DNA from: Hydrurus foetidus
Taxonomy: Eukaryota
Length of the DNA: 63,427 nucleotides
Reading direction: 5' to 3'
NCBI GenBank assembly: GCA_900617105.1
Contig: UYFQ01000438.1
Coordinates: 1 to 63,427 of the forward strand
Within the stretch, counting starts at the first letter, position 1. Each line of letters starts with the position of its first letter. Shown in pieces: positions 12,201 through 26,071 of the stretch. Position numbers and translations under genes: made by a program. The notes under the pieces are model-generated. The model did no database searches. It saw only the letters and a program-made list of their open reading frames with translations, and was not told the DNA's origin.

Positions 12201-14073
12201 CATTTCTTTCGGATGCGTCCTGCCACGCCTTGCATTTTTATTCTATGTTGTGCCCAATTTCTCCCTCTGAAATGTCAACCCCTTATTGCACAACAAAACG
12301 GTTTTGATTCGCTCACACTTAATAGTAACACTCTCATACAATACTTCACTCTTTCTTGCTTGTACCCCCAATACACCGCTACACCGCACTGCTACCTTCT
12401 CTTCTATGATCTCTATTTTACTTTGTTTTCTCCTTCGCTTAGTCTGCATTTCATCGCATGAACGTCTTATTCTTCAACACCTTCTGGCAACATCCACCCA
12501 CACTCTTTACAGCTCTCTGTATCACCATGCCTCTCTCTAACCATCTTCCTCTCTTTCACCCACACAAACTGACTATTTGCATCTTTTGACTCTCTCCCTC
12601 TTCCCCTTCCCCTTTCTCTTAGGAACTATTCGAGATCGAAACTTCAAGCTCTGCAAACAGCTTCAATGGCATCCTTCGGATTCATATTAGATGAAGTAAC
12701 CGGAACGTTCGTAAGTACGGATCAAACAGATTCCGAAGATTTTCACAGCGAGTCACAGCACGGTCAGAATCATCATCAAGAAGACTCGAAGTCGTCGAGG
12801 GGGGGAGACCGTGGGACGGACCGTGGGTCAGATTCCAATTCCTTTTCCAACAGGTCGGAAAGTAAGAACGGAAGCAATTCCTCAAGGGATGATAAAGATA
12901 GTGACATCGACTCGAAGGTGTGGGGTAGCCCTGGGGTACGGACGAAGGACTCCCCCTTACTATCCAAACAAAGAACCCAGGACCGGCCCCTGGATCGGAA
13001 TCAGGAACGAGACCGGGACCAAGGGAGGGAGGGTACGTTACGCCAACTTGAGGAAGCCCTCACACCCTCTCGCGTTCCTCTGCCTAGTAGCCATATCAGC
13101 AGAGCAAAAGCGATGGCGAGTGGTACACCGAGTAAAGCTCCAAACACCTCTCATATCAATGCAGTGATGCAAAGTGAAGCCACGACACCATTGGCCAAAC
13201 ATGGCGGATATAGCAGCAGTGGAAGTGGGGGGACTAGTGGACAGCCTACGTATGCTCCTCCTTCTCCTCCTAAAGGTCAACCTCCACCTCATACACCCCA
13301 CATCACTGATAACAATACTAATAGTAATAGTACTAATACCAATAATGACGGTAATAATAATAATAATAGTAATAATAATAATAATAGTAGTAGTAGTAAA
13401 GGGACTCCAAGTGGTAGAATAGATACAACAGCAATTACACCATTATCTCCTGGCCCTGTTCCATCTAATCAAACTAAACTCAACAGAGGATATACCGATT
13501 CGACAAGAGACGAAATAAGCAATAATAACAATAATAGTAATCCCAATTCGGCAGTCAAAAACAACCCACACACAAATTCAAATACAAATAAAAACGAAAA
13601 AATAAAAACACAATTAAAATTAGAACCAGAAACCGACACAGAAAATGACGTACAAAATAATTCAAAAACTGCTATTAATGAGTGTGGGAGTTTTTTCGGA
13701 TTTCATAGGGTGCCTACAGCTCTGTGGGGGCAGGGATTGGACTTGGCGTTTGAAGGACTTCTAATGCATGCTTCAGACTCACAGGTAGACTGATTGTTGT
13801 ACGTATGGGATAGTTTTGTGTGTGTGTGTGAGTGCGTGTGTGTGTGTGGGGTGATTATTGATGAAGTTGATAGGATAAAATGGGATCAAATACGAATATT
13901 TTTAGTACAGAACCGTGACCCCTCTCTCTCCCTCATGATTTGCTCCAATGAAATCTAATCTGACAATTATAATCCGTTCGGCTTAATCGATAATCAACTT
14001 TAATTGCGTTGTCAGATAGAGTGTTCGTCTTGAGCACTACACACATCACTCCATCTCCAAGACACACTCCCCT

Positions 14074-14114
<41 letters not shown>

Positions 14115-16683
14115 TATTCTCTCTCTAACCCTAACACAGACGCACTTGCACTCACACACACTCTCTCTAACAACCCCACGACAACACAAACATATCTGCA
14201 AAATAGGTGCGGCCGATAGTGGGGAACAAATCAATCGAAGCCATCGAGAAGGCCGTTTTCAAACCAGCTGCCTTGCCCTTCCCCGCCCTGAGTACAGAAG
14301 AGATCGGTAGACTCAGTCAGTCAGAGCTGGAAGGACATCTCACACAGGTACGTCAGACAGTGAGTTATTGATGCTGATGCGGTGTTGGAGAGAAGGGAGT
14401 GGAGGAGAAAAGAAGAACAAAAAAGCGTAGAGGGAAACAGAAAAAGAGGGGAAAAGAGATGAAAGGGAAGAGGAGAAGGGAAAAAAGAGGAGAGAACAAA
14501 AAAGTGAAGAGGAGACTTATTGATCCATCGGCCTTTTTGCCTACTAATTCAACCAACATCTATTCGGCCTCACCACTCACCCACTCTTCTAATCCCTCTA
14601 GGTATACAAAGCTCTTCACCGCCATGTGGTGCTGTCCTCCCCACCCACCGCCACCGCCATCGCCTCTTCTGCCACCATGGGGGCACTGAATGACCGACTA
14701 AATGTCCTGGGGTATCTCTGTTCCAATGCACATTCAGCTGAGGTAGTTTTTGAAAATATTTTCCCACACGAAGCTCTTCAACCCATACTTCATTTTTCTT
14801 TCTTTTGTCATTAGTCTTTCTTTCTTTCTATATCTTTCCTTCCCCTTTCAACCTCACTGTTACATTTCCTTCTTCCCTCCATTCTTATTCCCATCCCTCC
14901 TCTTCCAGCTCTGTCGCTTCTTCCGCTTCTCTTTATGTCACCCATTACATCTTCTATACAATCTACAGGTCGCTAACATAGTCCTCAACACGCACTTCCT
15001 ATCCCTCCTCCTTCGATTACTACGCGGTCCGGCCGGGGCCGTTATACCCCCTTCTGGGGGCCCCTTGATTTCTTCAAGTGCGTACTGGAGTCTCTTAGGA
15101 ACATGCAGGGGACTAGCAGCAACAGTGCTGGCCACTACCTTGAGGTAGAGAAATGTTCTGCTTCAATGATAATGATAGAGTCAATTGGACAGATGTGTGA
15201 CGTGATGTCAAGTGCAATGCTCATTTCATCGGATTGCATCGATTTTCACTGTCGTGAATTACGTCGATTTGAGTTGTCATACTGTTCGGTGCAAAGCAGT
15301 CGATGGATAACGGATCCTCTCTCCCTGACTAGTCATTCCTCTTGCATTCCCCACACAGACACACGCATACGCACATACACCCACATTCTCTCATACACAC
15401 ACTAACATGGAAACACTACTTTCTCTGCCTCTTTCCTAGATACACTACCTTCGTGCAGCCCCCCACAACAAAGAACAAAGAAGATCACATAATCCCCACA
15501 CTAATCTTAATACTGAGAGACTCCACAAAAGTTGAAGTTAAATTACGAAGGAGATGTGTAGCGGCACTGGGAGAATTAGTGTTTTATGTAACAGCGCAAG
15601 AAGAAGAATCGGCACTTACCCCTGGGTCACGTGATAACAGATGGAGTCTTCCTAAGGGAGCAACTGCTATACTCACGAAATGTTTGAAAGATGACTCGGA
15701 TGAGGCTGTAAGACACTATGCTGCCAAGGTATGTGAAGAATGTTCTGCAGAAGGTTCTCCGTAATGTTCCTCACATTTTTTATTTCAGTTGTTGCACGCA
15801 CTGAAAGTTGAACTTCATTTCGTGAAGTTGAAATCAGATTTCACGACTTCCGGGACTATTGAACACGTCTGCTTCATCAATCCACTTCTGTTCTACACGA
15901 TCCTCTCTTTTTTCGTTTGATATGATTTATTGAAATGGAGGAATCTTTCGAAAATTTGGGACCCATGTTTTACTGCATTTTTTCTTTCTTCTTCGAGCAC
16001 TCCAACTTTCGTCATCTTTCTTCGATGGTTTTGATTTGTATGAAGGTCACCTCATCATTGCGCAATTGAGAATTGCTGTCTCTTTAAATTATTATTTCCT
16101 GTCACACTTCTCTCTTTTCATTCTGATACGTTTTTCTTGCAGACGTTTGAGAATGTTCTGGCTCAAGGCGGTGTCGAATATAAGAAAAGACTGATCTCCA
16201 GAGAAGCTGCATCGAGGCTTCTCTCTCTCTCTCAATCGAGCACTCGCAACGAGTCGCTGCAAGCGTCATGCGGCATGGCACTGTCTCATATGCTACATCT
16301 AGTAGTTACCACAAATCCATATATACCAACTCACACTGCACTTAGTGGCACACTACCTTCTTCTACCTTCCCGTACGAATCTGCCCCTTCACCGGATTCA
16401 GCCGGAGGTCCCCCCTCTACGCGTAGGTTGGCCGGAACGGGCCCGTTAGCCCGGGTAAATGCTACGAGAGGGGGGACGATAAAGGGGGACAGTATAGGAA
16501 AGGAGAGCCCGATAAAACCCTTTTTGGGGTCACAGTTGGTCAATGTTGGAAATGGAAATGGAAACGGAAATGGGCTAGGAGCGACACAAAATATGGTACG
16601 TGATTCCAATGTGATTCTACCGTTCATCATTGCACGCTTTTTCTTTGTTCTTTTTTTATTTATTTATTTATATATATATATAT

Positions 16684-16714
<31 letters not shown>

Positions 16715-16723
16715 TCTATATAT

Positions 16724-16774
<51 letters not shown>

Positions 16775-19700
16775 TTCTTTCTTTTTTCTGTATAATTCCA
16801 CCTATATTTTTAATTTCAGTAGTTCACAGCAGAGAATTGGTTTTACCACTTTAAGTTCTATGTTCATTATTTTATCATGTTATATATATTAATTGACTTT
16901 GATTAGGTATGACATAGTGTAATAAAATAGATGACAACACGTACTGTATATCGTGTTGTACTCTATGTAACATCATTAAAATCTTATAAAAACATAATAT
17001 CAGTTGTAGCATAATTGAAAATAGAAATAACTTCTCATTTTACCATGAATAGGAGGAGAGTATGGAGGAATCCAGTCAACCTGGGGCATGGGCTGTTTTT
17101 CTTTCCCAAATATTTGAACAGGAAGGATCAGTGGCAGGAATATTAGACACACTCAAAGACGGGCCACCTAAACTTCAACAAGCGTATTTGAATATAATAA
17201 ATTTAATATTCTCAAATAACTCGAATATTGAAAATGAACCACAAATAAACGGTGATAAATTAATGAAAAAAACGGAAATGGAGATTGAAAAAACACTCTA
17301 TTCTATTCGACATAATTTATCGCGCCCCGAGGGCGCTCTGCCTTGCATACTCAGATTGATAGAACAAGGGGGGTCATCTTCTGTTCGGTCTAAAGCCCTT
17401 TTGGCCGCACAGTTATTATGTCGATATTCGCCGAATTTACTGACAGGTAAGAGGATCAAGATTTGTGCTGTACAATATTCCGTATTCTATATTCTGTATT
17501 GTGCATACGACACTCTGTGTCTGTCTTTCAAATGAATTTGATTGTCACGTTACCGTCTCAATTCTTTCTTGCACGATATTCATTTCTGATTCTCCATTCT
17601 ATTGTGTCACTTTGCAAGGGAAAACTTTCGTTGTTGTACCGATCTAAGTCATACGCAACTTGCTCAACTTCATCGCATATGTCTCTGAATTCACTTGATG
17701 CTATTCTTGACTTGTTGAACGTTTCTTTGCTATGCTCGCTTTCTAGCACATCCCCCACACGCATCATCAAAAACAGCGATGTTCTGCATAGCACTCACAC
17801 ATGCGTCGCACGTATCTCACCCACACTATCTCTCCACGTACACTTACTCCCCTCCACTCTTATCTACTCATTTAAAACAACTAATAACTACGACATTACT
17901 ACTAAATACAGTTTTAGGTGAAAAAAGGTTTCCCAATACATTGGTGCGCTTGATCGAACCTTTCGTCTCAAGAACTACTGATGGGGATTCTTTAGGGGGC
18001 AAAGCCCGGGACCAAAATGGGGTAAAAAAATCAGATCCGTTATCATACGTTGAAAAATCAGCACTGTCGATGGTACTATTTTTACGAGAAGCATGTATAG
18101 TGGGTGGGAGAGAAGTAAGAGATCAATTAAAATACATGCTAAACAACTCAAATATCCAGACTCCACTAATAAGTCCAGGGTCCGGAACCAGTTCCAGTTC
18201 TTTTATTAGTCCGATGAACAGAATCCCTTTGGGGGATGCGATGTTTAGCGGTGTGGGGAAGATCCACAGTACCCCTAATGTACTGCAAGCAAATCAGACC
18301 CCAATTACCCCAGGGCTAAGGGACCCCAAAACAATCACACCGTATAATTCGAGGAATTTAAATGGTGAATTTGATTCGGATAGGCGGGTGGATGATGATG
18401 ATGTAGCAGTTGATATACGGAGTAACATAGGTGTAAATGTGGGTGTAAATGTCGGTGTCGGTGTCGGTGTGGGTGTGGGTGTGGGTGGTGTGAATGGCGT
18501 ACTAGATGTCTCTCGTCTTCTATCCAGTTGTGTTTCTCTCAGGGCAGCCGTGTCAATGGCTTCTCAACCTTCTTTGAGGAGACTGATGGTGTCGGGGGGG
18601 GAGGACGGGTCCGGGTCGGGGGTAGGGTCTCATGAGATGACCGGAGATATTGAGTTTATCTTGATATTATCTGATATTTTACAGTGCTTACCTTTAGTAC
18701 GCTCTGCTATCGCCTCCACCCCATCCTCCTCCTCCTCTTCTTCTTCTTCTTCCTCTTCTTATCACGCACTTGAAATGATCATACAAGCGGAACAAGCCGT
18801 GTTAGTCGCTTTAGAAGTCATCGCTCAAATAGATGTCCTTGTGGGGGATCCTGGATCCAGATTCCAGGGAGCAAAATTATTCCTACAAGCTGTGGCGAGA
18901 AAATTATTACCAGCAGCTTCGAATCTGTCCGTACATATTGGTACGTTCTTACCTATTCCCTGCTCTCTTTTTTGTACTATGCACGTACATGTGCACTGAT
19001 GTGTGCTTGTTGTCATTGTCTTCAGCTGAATCAGCACTGTTACTACACTGTTGATACCATCATCATAACTCTTTCTATCAGTGGCATTGCCATGTCTGCA
19101 CACTGAGCATCGCGTCTGCACGACAGTCAACCAATTCACTGCACTGAACTGCACCACATCACACCATACTACGCTGTACTACACTATTCTGCACTATCTT
19201 ATATAACACCACACCACACTATACTGCACCCGTACAGATGGCGATGTGAGGGTTGTCATATCCGCATCACTCAGACGCATGGTACCCCCCATTCTCCAGG
19301 ATCTCGGAAAAGACGACGTGGACATTTGTCTGAGTGGAATCTTGACCCACGTTCCGGTCCTCATGACTGACCACGCTCCTATTCCTCAGTACACCTTGAG
19401 ATTATTGTGTGAGGCGATTAATGCTAGTCCGCATGCCATTCATGTAGTTACAAATAGGTGAGAGGGTTTTGTGCTGTGTAGTGTTGTGTGGTGTGGTGTT
19501 GTTGTGCTTAGAATTCTATCTCCCTGTGTTCTATTGAGCTGAATCACATTGTATGCTGTGTTGTCTCGCGCTACAAATTGTTTTCAACTTCCTTTTTGTC
19601 AATAATTTGCTTCGAAGATAACACCCTCCAAATCTGTCACTTCCCCCTGTCTTTTTCTTCTCTCTTTTCTCACTCTTTATTAGCATATTACACTTTCACA

Positions 19701-22700
19701 ATCTCTATGCTCCACATACTCACAGACTCATCGATATATTCTAATTTTTATTTCTATGTTTCCGTAGACTGATTTCTGGCGGAAGTTTGAAAGTGCTGGT
19801 AGCTGCACTCGCAGGTAAGAGTCCATTTATTTGATATGATTGAACGGGAGTAGTTCCTCTTCCCCTCCCCTGCTGATTGGTGTATGGACAATTATAAAGA
19901 ATGGAAATCATTATTATTCCGTTGAAAGACGGTGCATACACTCACCCACTGACTGACTTGTCAATAAAAACCTACTCAACACACTCTGTAAGTCTCTCAC
20001 ATTTTGCCGAATTAATTTTCTTAGGAACAAGAAGTAGTAAATCAGATAAAGAACGTTCTTTAGACGAAGAAACTTCTTCCGATTGTGATCCTCAACTACC
20101 AATCCTCCTAAGAATATTCTTCGAGAAGGCTCAACAAGAAGACCAAGAATTCGCATCAAATTTAAATTTAAATTTGAAGAAAAATGAAAGTCCGATAAAA
20201 CGCAGAAGTAGTACGAGAATAACGTACGCAATGTTGGAACTGGGCATTTCCCAGTCTTTGTTATTAGCGATACAGAGTTCCGTTGGGGATCTTTATAGTG
20301 CTCTTTCGAGGAGAACGGAGATAGTGACCTCTTTGGTCGATCTGTTGCACAGGTGCGTTGACATGTGAAATAGTGCGATGTGATGTGATATGATGTGATG
20401 TGATATGAATATGATACGGCGTGTTATGATGTGATGTAGTATTGGATGATATGGTGTGATATGATTTTGTTTGATACGATACAATATGGTGTCATAAGGT
20501 GTAAGGTGATTTGATAAGGTGCGGTATGATGTGATATGACAAGTAACGACACAGTGTGATGCAGTATAGCGGAGTATGATGTTAATCTGTGTGAGACGAT
20601 TTGTTGTGAAAGATATTACCAGGACAGAATAAAATGTTCGATGAATATGAACGAATCCAAGGTGGAAATGAAATGCAGATTTCAACAGTGCTCAAACCTG
20701 TTTTCGTTCTTTGTTTCGGACATTTTATTCTGTCTCGGTAATATAATTTATTCTGATAAACTGCAGCATTGTTCACTAGTGTCTCTGCATTATATTTGAC
20801 CGTACGAATACATCACTCCATATTATACTAACTCATCTTTCACATGTCATTTTTATATCCGAAATACTATTATTGACATCACTATCATATCACGGGAACA
20901 GAATAAAATGGTTCCTGTTCAGTATGGGGTCCCACACTAAAAAGGAACCATTTTATTCTGCTCCCGTAATATCACTATATCCAGGATTGTCAATGCTAAC
21001 AATAGACATCCTCATTTTTATCCTACTCAGAATATTATTATTCGTGATTATGGCTCTCACTCAAGTAGCTCAAAACCAAACAGGTACTGTACGTAGAGGA
21101 TCTAAGACCTTAGATTCCAGATACATCTTCCGTCAAGATTTACACTATGGCATTTGTACTTGGATGTCTGATCATGCTTCTTCTCCTTTCTCGTATCTTC
21201 TACTCCTTTCTCGTATCTTCTTCTCCTTTCTCGTATCTTCTACTCCTTTCTCGTATCTTCTACTCCTTTCTCGTATCTTCTACTCCTTTCTCGTATCTTC
21301 TACTCCTTTCTCGTATCTTCTACTCCTTTCTCGTATCTTCTACTCCTTTCTCGTATCTTCTACTCCTTTCTCGTATCTTCTACTCATGTTGGTGCCTCTT
21401 ATCCGCTTTTCAGCGTCTTTGCTTATCTTATCTTGTCTTGTCTCTTCCTGTTTCCTTTCTTTTTTACACTCCACTCATCGACATCCGAAGTATGGGCACT
21501 CCATATCAAAACGTCTACACCCCTCACGAACCTAACACCCACATACCCCACCAAAAAACAAATAGGACCCAATTCAACCCAGTATCAAATTCCAAATTCC
21601 GGTCCAGGGCCCGGTCCAACACCCGTTTCTAATTTGGACCCCGACCCGGACCAACTACGACGCCACATCAGTCCCTTAAGGGAGTTATGTCCTTCTTTAT
21701 TTAGCATTATTTCGGGGGCTGCGTGTAATGGACCAGTTGGGATAAATTTTGATCGGAGAGAAGAAGACGACGTAAGTAGCTCGTTTAACATTATTTTCAT
21801 CTTGTTTTATTTGATCAGAATTGCCTTCATCTTATACAACTGAAAACTTGTTTTGTTGATACTCTAATAGTGTGAGAAAAATACACAAGCGAGTGGAAAA
21901 TACATACAGACGATACTACTCGATTAATAAACATTTTTGCTGTTTTTCTTTTTTCCCAGTTGAATCCGTCAGAACTCTCTTCGTCGAAACAGCTTCACGA
22001 CACAGCGGCAAGGTTCGATAGTCGAAGTGCCCTATTATTTCATCATTTTATGTCGATTGAATGTTTGAGCGTCATTTTATATCAGTGCTTTCAGATGTAC
22101 CTATGTCTTGAAAAGTGGAGCAGATTTATATACATTTTGTACGATATGACTCCGCCTGACATCTTACTAACTGACCTTCAAATTTTAAATTCTCAGATGT
22201 CTAGGTATTCTGTTCGACATATTTCCGGATGTCGTTATTTCTTATTTAGTTTCTACGAAAGCGTCAGATGTCCCTTTAGGGGAAGAAGCAAACAGTCCCC
22301 GAGCAATCGTATCACGGTTATTGACCAGTAATCAGGTAAATACGAATATATTGTGGTTTTTTTGTATTTTTCATTGAATACGAAATTACCGTAAAAATTG
22401 CGTATTCAATATGACATTCCTGTATAGCATACCATTAGTGTTGAGAAGATAATTGCTCCTGCTCTTTTTGATTTCATTAAAACTTTGATCTCTTTTCATC
22501 AAAATCACGAGCATCACATTATGACTACGAATAATGTTATTTATTATTCGATTATGTAAATTCCCAACATGGATCCAAGGTCTCTCTCAAGATCCGTATA
22601 AGACTTCTGAAAATAATCATGGGTGTTTGCAAGGTAAGAAAATACCGATGTCTGCTCATACCTGGTGATGTTGCACTATTATCAAAGTGTGTGTGTGTGT

Positions 22701-23075
22701 GTTCATGTGTTTCTGATCTGCAGAGAAACGATCCGACTAATTCGTTAAATACGGATTTCAGCATGAGACAGAAGTACTTGTGATTTACTTTACTAGTGAT
22801 TAATGTCTGTATCTCTTGTTTATCATCAGATCGCACCTGCGATGGGTCCGTCCATGGTACAACGGGCTAAAGACCTTTTGCTCACCCCCCCTCTCCACAA
22901 AGCACTGATGACATGTATCAATCCTACCAATCCTCCCCAGGGCCAGGGGGGTAATTATAATAATTCCCCTGGGGGAAATGCGAACAATTTCAATTCCGAC
23001 AGATCGAACTCCACTGACGCTTCTGTATATGTTGATTTAGCAAGGGACCTTCTTTCGAATGCCATTCAAATGTGA
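9237..23075 (+). CDS. ULK4: ULK4/RUNKEL-like kinase with C-terminal HEAT/ARM repeats, about 20 exons
   Basis: MDKYHIYEEIGKG...KGREKKKIEYVAIK, FHDWYETRNNLWLILEYC, then VRPIVGNKSIE, LRRRCVAALGELVFYVTAQ, VRHYAAKTFENV and DHAPIPQYTLRLL, typical of ULK4/RUNKEL. Internal exon boundaries only partly resolved. Confidence 0.85.
11101..11265. mobile_element. Foldback MITE-like element in a ULK4 intron
   Basis: About 75-bp imperfect inverted arms, CAAG...CTTG ends, short A-rich loop, flanked by TGTT on both sides. Confidence 0.7.
14076..14112. repeat. (CA)n microsatellite
   Basis: Seen directly; intronic. Confidence 0.95.
16655..16776. repeat. (TATT)n microsatellite
   Basis: Seen directly; intronic. 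Confidence 0.95.
21178..21386. repeat. 20-bp minisatellite (TACTCCTTTCTCGTATCTTC), about 10 copies
   Basis: Near-perfect tandem copies inside the ULK4 locus. Confidence 0.95.
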
Positions 23076-24131
23076 TGCACTTAGTCGAACCGAACCGAAC
23101 TAAGCAGTATCTTATCCAGTCACTAATGTGAAATATTACCTTCTTTTTTTCTTATCCCTCCTTGTGCATATATATTAGACATTACATCCCACCCCATCCA
23201 ATCCGATCTGACTCAATCCGATTCGATTTTGAAACCTCCACTTAATGATCTCCATTACACTATTTACTGAACGCTCAAAGCAACACTTACTTTCGTTTTC
23301 ACCGTACGTATATTCAAAAATTGAAAGAATTTTTGCTGACTGATAACACTCGGCGAGAGACTAGTCGATTAAAATTTCTTTCTGTAATTAGTTTATTGTA
23401 CATGTATTTACTTTTGTATTTAAGATTACCTTTCTTAACAAGTTGTCTACCTTTTTGGATAACTGTTGCCAATTAATTAAAGTTCCTTATACTTCCAAGC
23501 TTGAAGGCCATCCCTGTAGTTCAGGATTCATGGTTCTCAAAAAAATATTAGTATTAGTCATGCTGGGAATTTCTATAAATGAGGTCTCGTGCGGTAGGAG
23601 GCGGTCAAGGCTTATTCGAGCAAGTAGGCAGTCGCGACATGATTTTCAAGAAAAGAAGACTGTTTTAGGAGGAGCAATTGTGATTAGTTACAGGAATTAT
23701 CTCAAACGCAAAAATAGGGAGGTGAACGTGGCGCATTAGAAAAATGAATAAAGTGCCCATTGTCGTTGACGAAGTTTCTCTTGTGCTCAATGGGCATGGG
23801 TTGGTGCGGTAAATGCACTAATTACATGGGAAAGAATTGAATCGCAGGCATCGCGAATGAGGTGAACTGCATTGTCACGGCCAATTAAGTTTTATGTGCA
23901 GGTGTATTGGAAGTGAGACGTAGTCCCACTTTTAACATGAAATGTGATGTATTTTGTATCTGATCACGCGAGACCAGAAATTAGGTAAGTTTTGCTGTCT
24001 AAAAAGATTGCAATTGTGTGTACTATGTGACAAATATGCATGGAAGTGTTGTACTCTCTAGCAAGGGAGTAATGTTGAAAGAGTCAAGGAAAATGTTCAG
24101 GTTGGGGTGTGTGGCGGGTCATTTGACGAAT

Positions 24132-24656
24132 TTAGAATTCAATGGAGGCATTCCAGTCGTCAAGAAGACCGCCGGCAGTAATGGATGATGTCTTTGAGGC
24201 TCCGGGGATAAAGCTTTCAGGCAGAAAACTTTGGACGGAAGCGGCCAATGTGATGCGGTTCAGTTTCTCAACACTACCAAGAGCGGAGCCCTCCAGCATT
24301 GTCATAAGGGATTTCTGGCGGAACGACTTAAAAATTTTAGAAATTTTCTCAGATTCAAGGGCTTGCATATCGTCAGAGAGAATCATTGGGGTTCTTTCGT
24401 CCATGCCGGTTCCTGGGGGAGTTCGCTGGAAGAAAGGGGAGTTGGTTTCCAATTCGTTAGGAATCTGTGGCAGCACAGTTCCTATGATCGATTTGCCCAT
24501 TCTTTTCTTGGTGTCGGACATCATGCTCAGGGCCGTTCTTGATGTAGTTGGGGTTGATATGGCTACAGTGGGGGATCTCATGGGGCGGGTTGAGAAAAAT
24601 GCGGTTGTGGACGAGACAACAAGGGAGGCGATCATGATTGTTTTGAAAGAGAACAT
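24132..24656 (-). CDS. Intronless hypothetical protein with heterokont bipartite plastid-targeting presequence
   Basis: Signal peptide MFSFKTIMIASLVVSSTTA|FF (ASAFAP-like), followed by an S/T/R-rich transit-like segment. Confidence 0.7.
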   Translation of the reverse strand: MFSFKTIMIASLVVSSTTAFFSTRPMRSPTVAISTPTTSRTALSMMSDTKKRMGKSIIGTVLPQIPNELETNSPFFQRTPPGTGMDERTPMILSDDMQALESEKISKIFKSFRQKSLMTMLEGSALGSVEKLNRITLAASVQSFLPESFIPGASKTSSITAGGLLDDWNASIEF

Positions 24657-25021
24657 TTTGATTAGGAGAGGTGGTGGCTCGGAGGCGAGAGTGCGATAGT
24701 AGTTAGGGAGGGAGCTGAGTAGTATCCTGAGATCTTTGGAGTGCTTTGATTATGTGACCAATGCAGGAATATAGGCTGAGGTCACTGCCTAAAACATCTT
24801 CTTTCAAATTAAATTCATCTGTGAAAATGGAAAACATTAACTGACGACACCCAATTTTTAACCGAAGTACGCAATAATTTCACACGCGGAACGTTCAACG
24901 GACGGAGACAGAGGGGTACTAGGAATTTTCCAGGGAGTTTTTTGAAAATTGGGCAGATTTGAAAATGCAAAGAAAATTCGAATATTCGGCCGTTAGCTTT
25001 TGGCTTTTGAGTGTACGTATA

Positions 25022-25295
25022 CCGTCGAGTGCCTATTAATGTGTTTTACGGATTCGCCAAAACATGCATATTTTGGCATATTTTAAAAAGCTCTTCAGCT
25101 GCTATGATGCCAACGTGCCGGAGATTATCGAATCTCCAATTAGGTCGTCATGATAAGCAGCATTGATGGAGATAGCTTTTTCAATTGTCTTCGAAAAATT
25201 GAAAATCACGGGGATTTTGGTGAATTTCGGTGATTTTGAATGGAGGCAAATTTCCTTATTTTCCACTCCGAAACACATTAATAGGCACTCGACGG
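25022..25295. mobile_element. Tc1/mariner (pogo-like) MITE, 274 bp
   Basis: Perfect 25-bp TIRs CCGTCGAGTGCCTATTAATGTGTTT, flanked by TA on both sides. Confidence 0.85.
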
Positions 25296-26071
25296 TACCG
25301 TAGAACGTATACCGTATACCGTATGCCTTTTTTTGAGCTTCTATCTACGTGCGCGTTTATTCTTTACACTACCGCTCTGCTGCCAATGGAATGACATGAC
25401 GGGAATATCGATTGCTGCGTGTGATTCACCACTACGGATTCCACGCTCTCAGATGGTGTGACGAAAGAGTTGCAGAACACAAGAAAATGACAACAGGCAG
25501 GTTCAAAGGCAGCGAATACTTCACCTTATATCGTCGATATAAACATCAGCAAAACTGTGCTCGCATCTCTAGTTAAAGCAGAAAAATGCGGTCACGAATT
25601 TTATGGAGAAAGGTTTTGATATTAGATCGCATTTCCTCTACAGTTGAAGATAGAATTGGGGCGCCTCCACGACTCCGCAAGCAATCCGCAAATCATGGAA
25701 GTGTTAATAATGCAGAAGTATAAGATCAGCGTATTGCCAATCATATCTGGGTTTTGACTGTTGACTTCACACTAGGTCTCCCACAGGTCATTCTGTAGTA
25801 TGTACATACGGTGCAGTACGTGCTCACATCGCTGTACAGTACGAGAAGAATGTAGAAACGAAACCGTCGCATTGCCTGTCTGTCATCCCTCATCCTTCAT
25901 CAACAATCAACAAGCCTCAGTATCGACTATCGATTGCTTTATAAAGCGTCTCCGCAATACTGTATTTCAAACAATCAGAGCCGCTTAAGATGTGCTAAAT
26001 TCAATACGGAGACAAGACAATTAAGATCACTCGATTGGCAACAGAAAACCATTCACAAATTTGTCTTAACT

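Noticed and set aside
16630..16892. Hydrophobic IYLF-repeat ORFs, and likewise 20873-21632
   Set aside because: Translations of (TATT)n and 20-bp repeats.
24142..24699. 185-aa plus-strand ORF
   Set aside because: Antisense shadow of the plastid-targeted gene.
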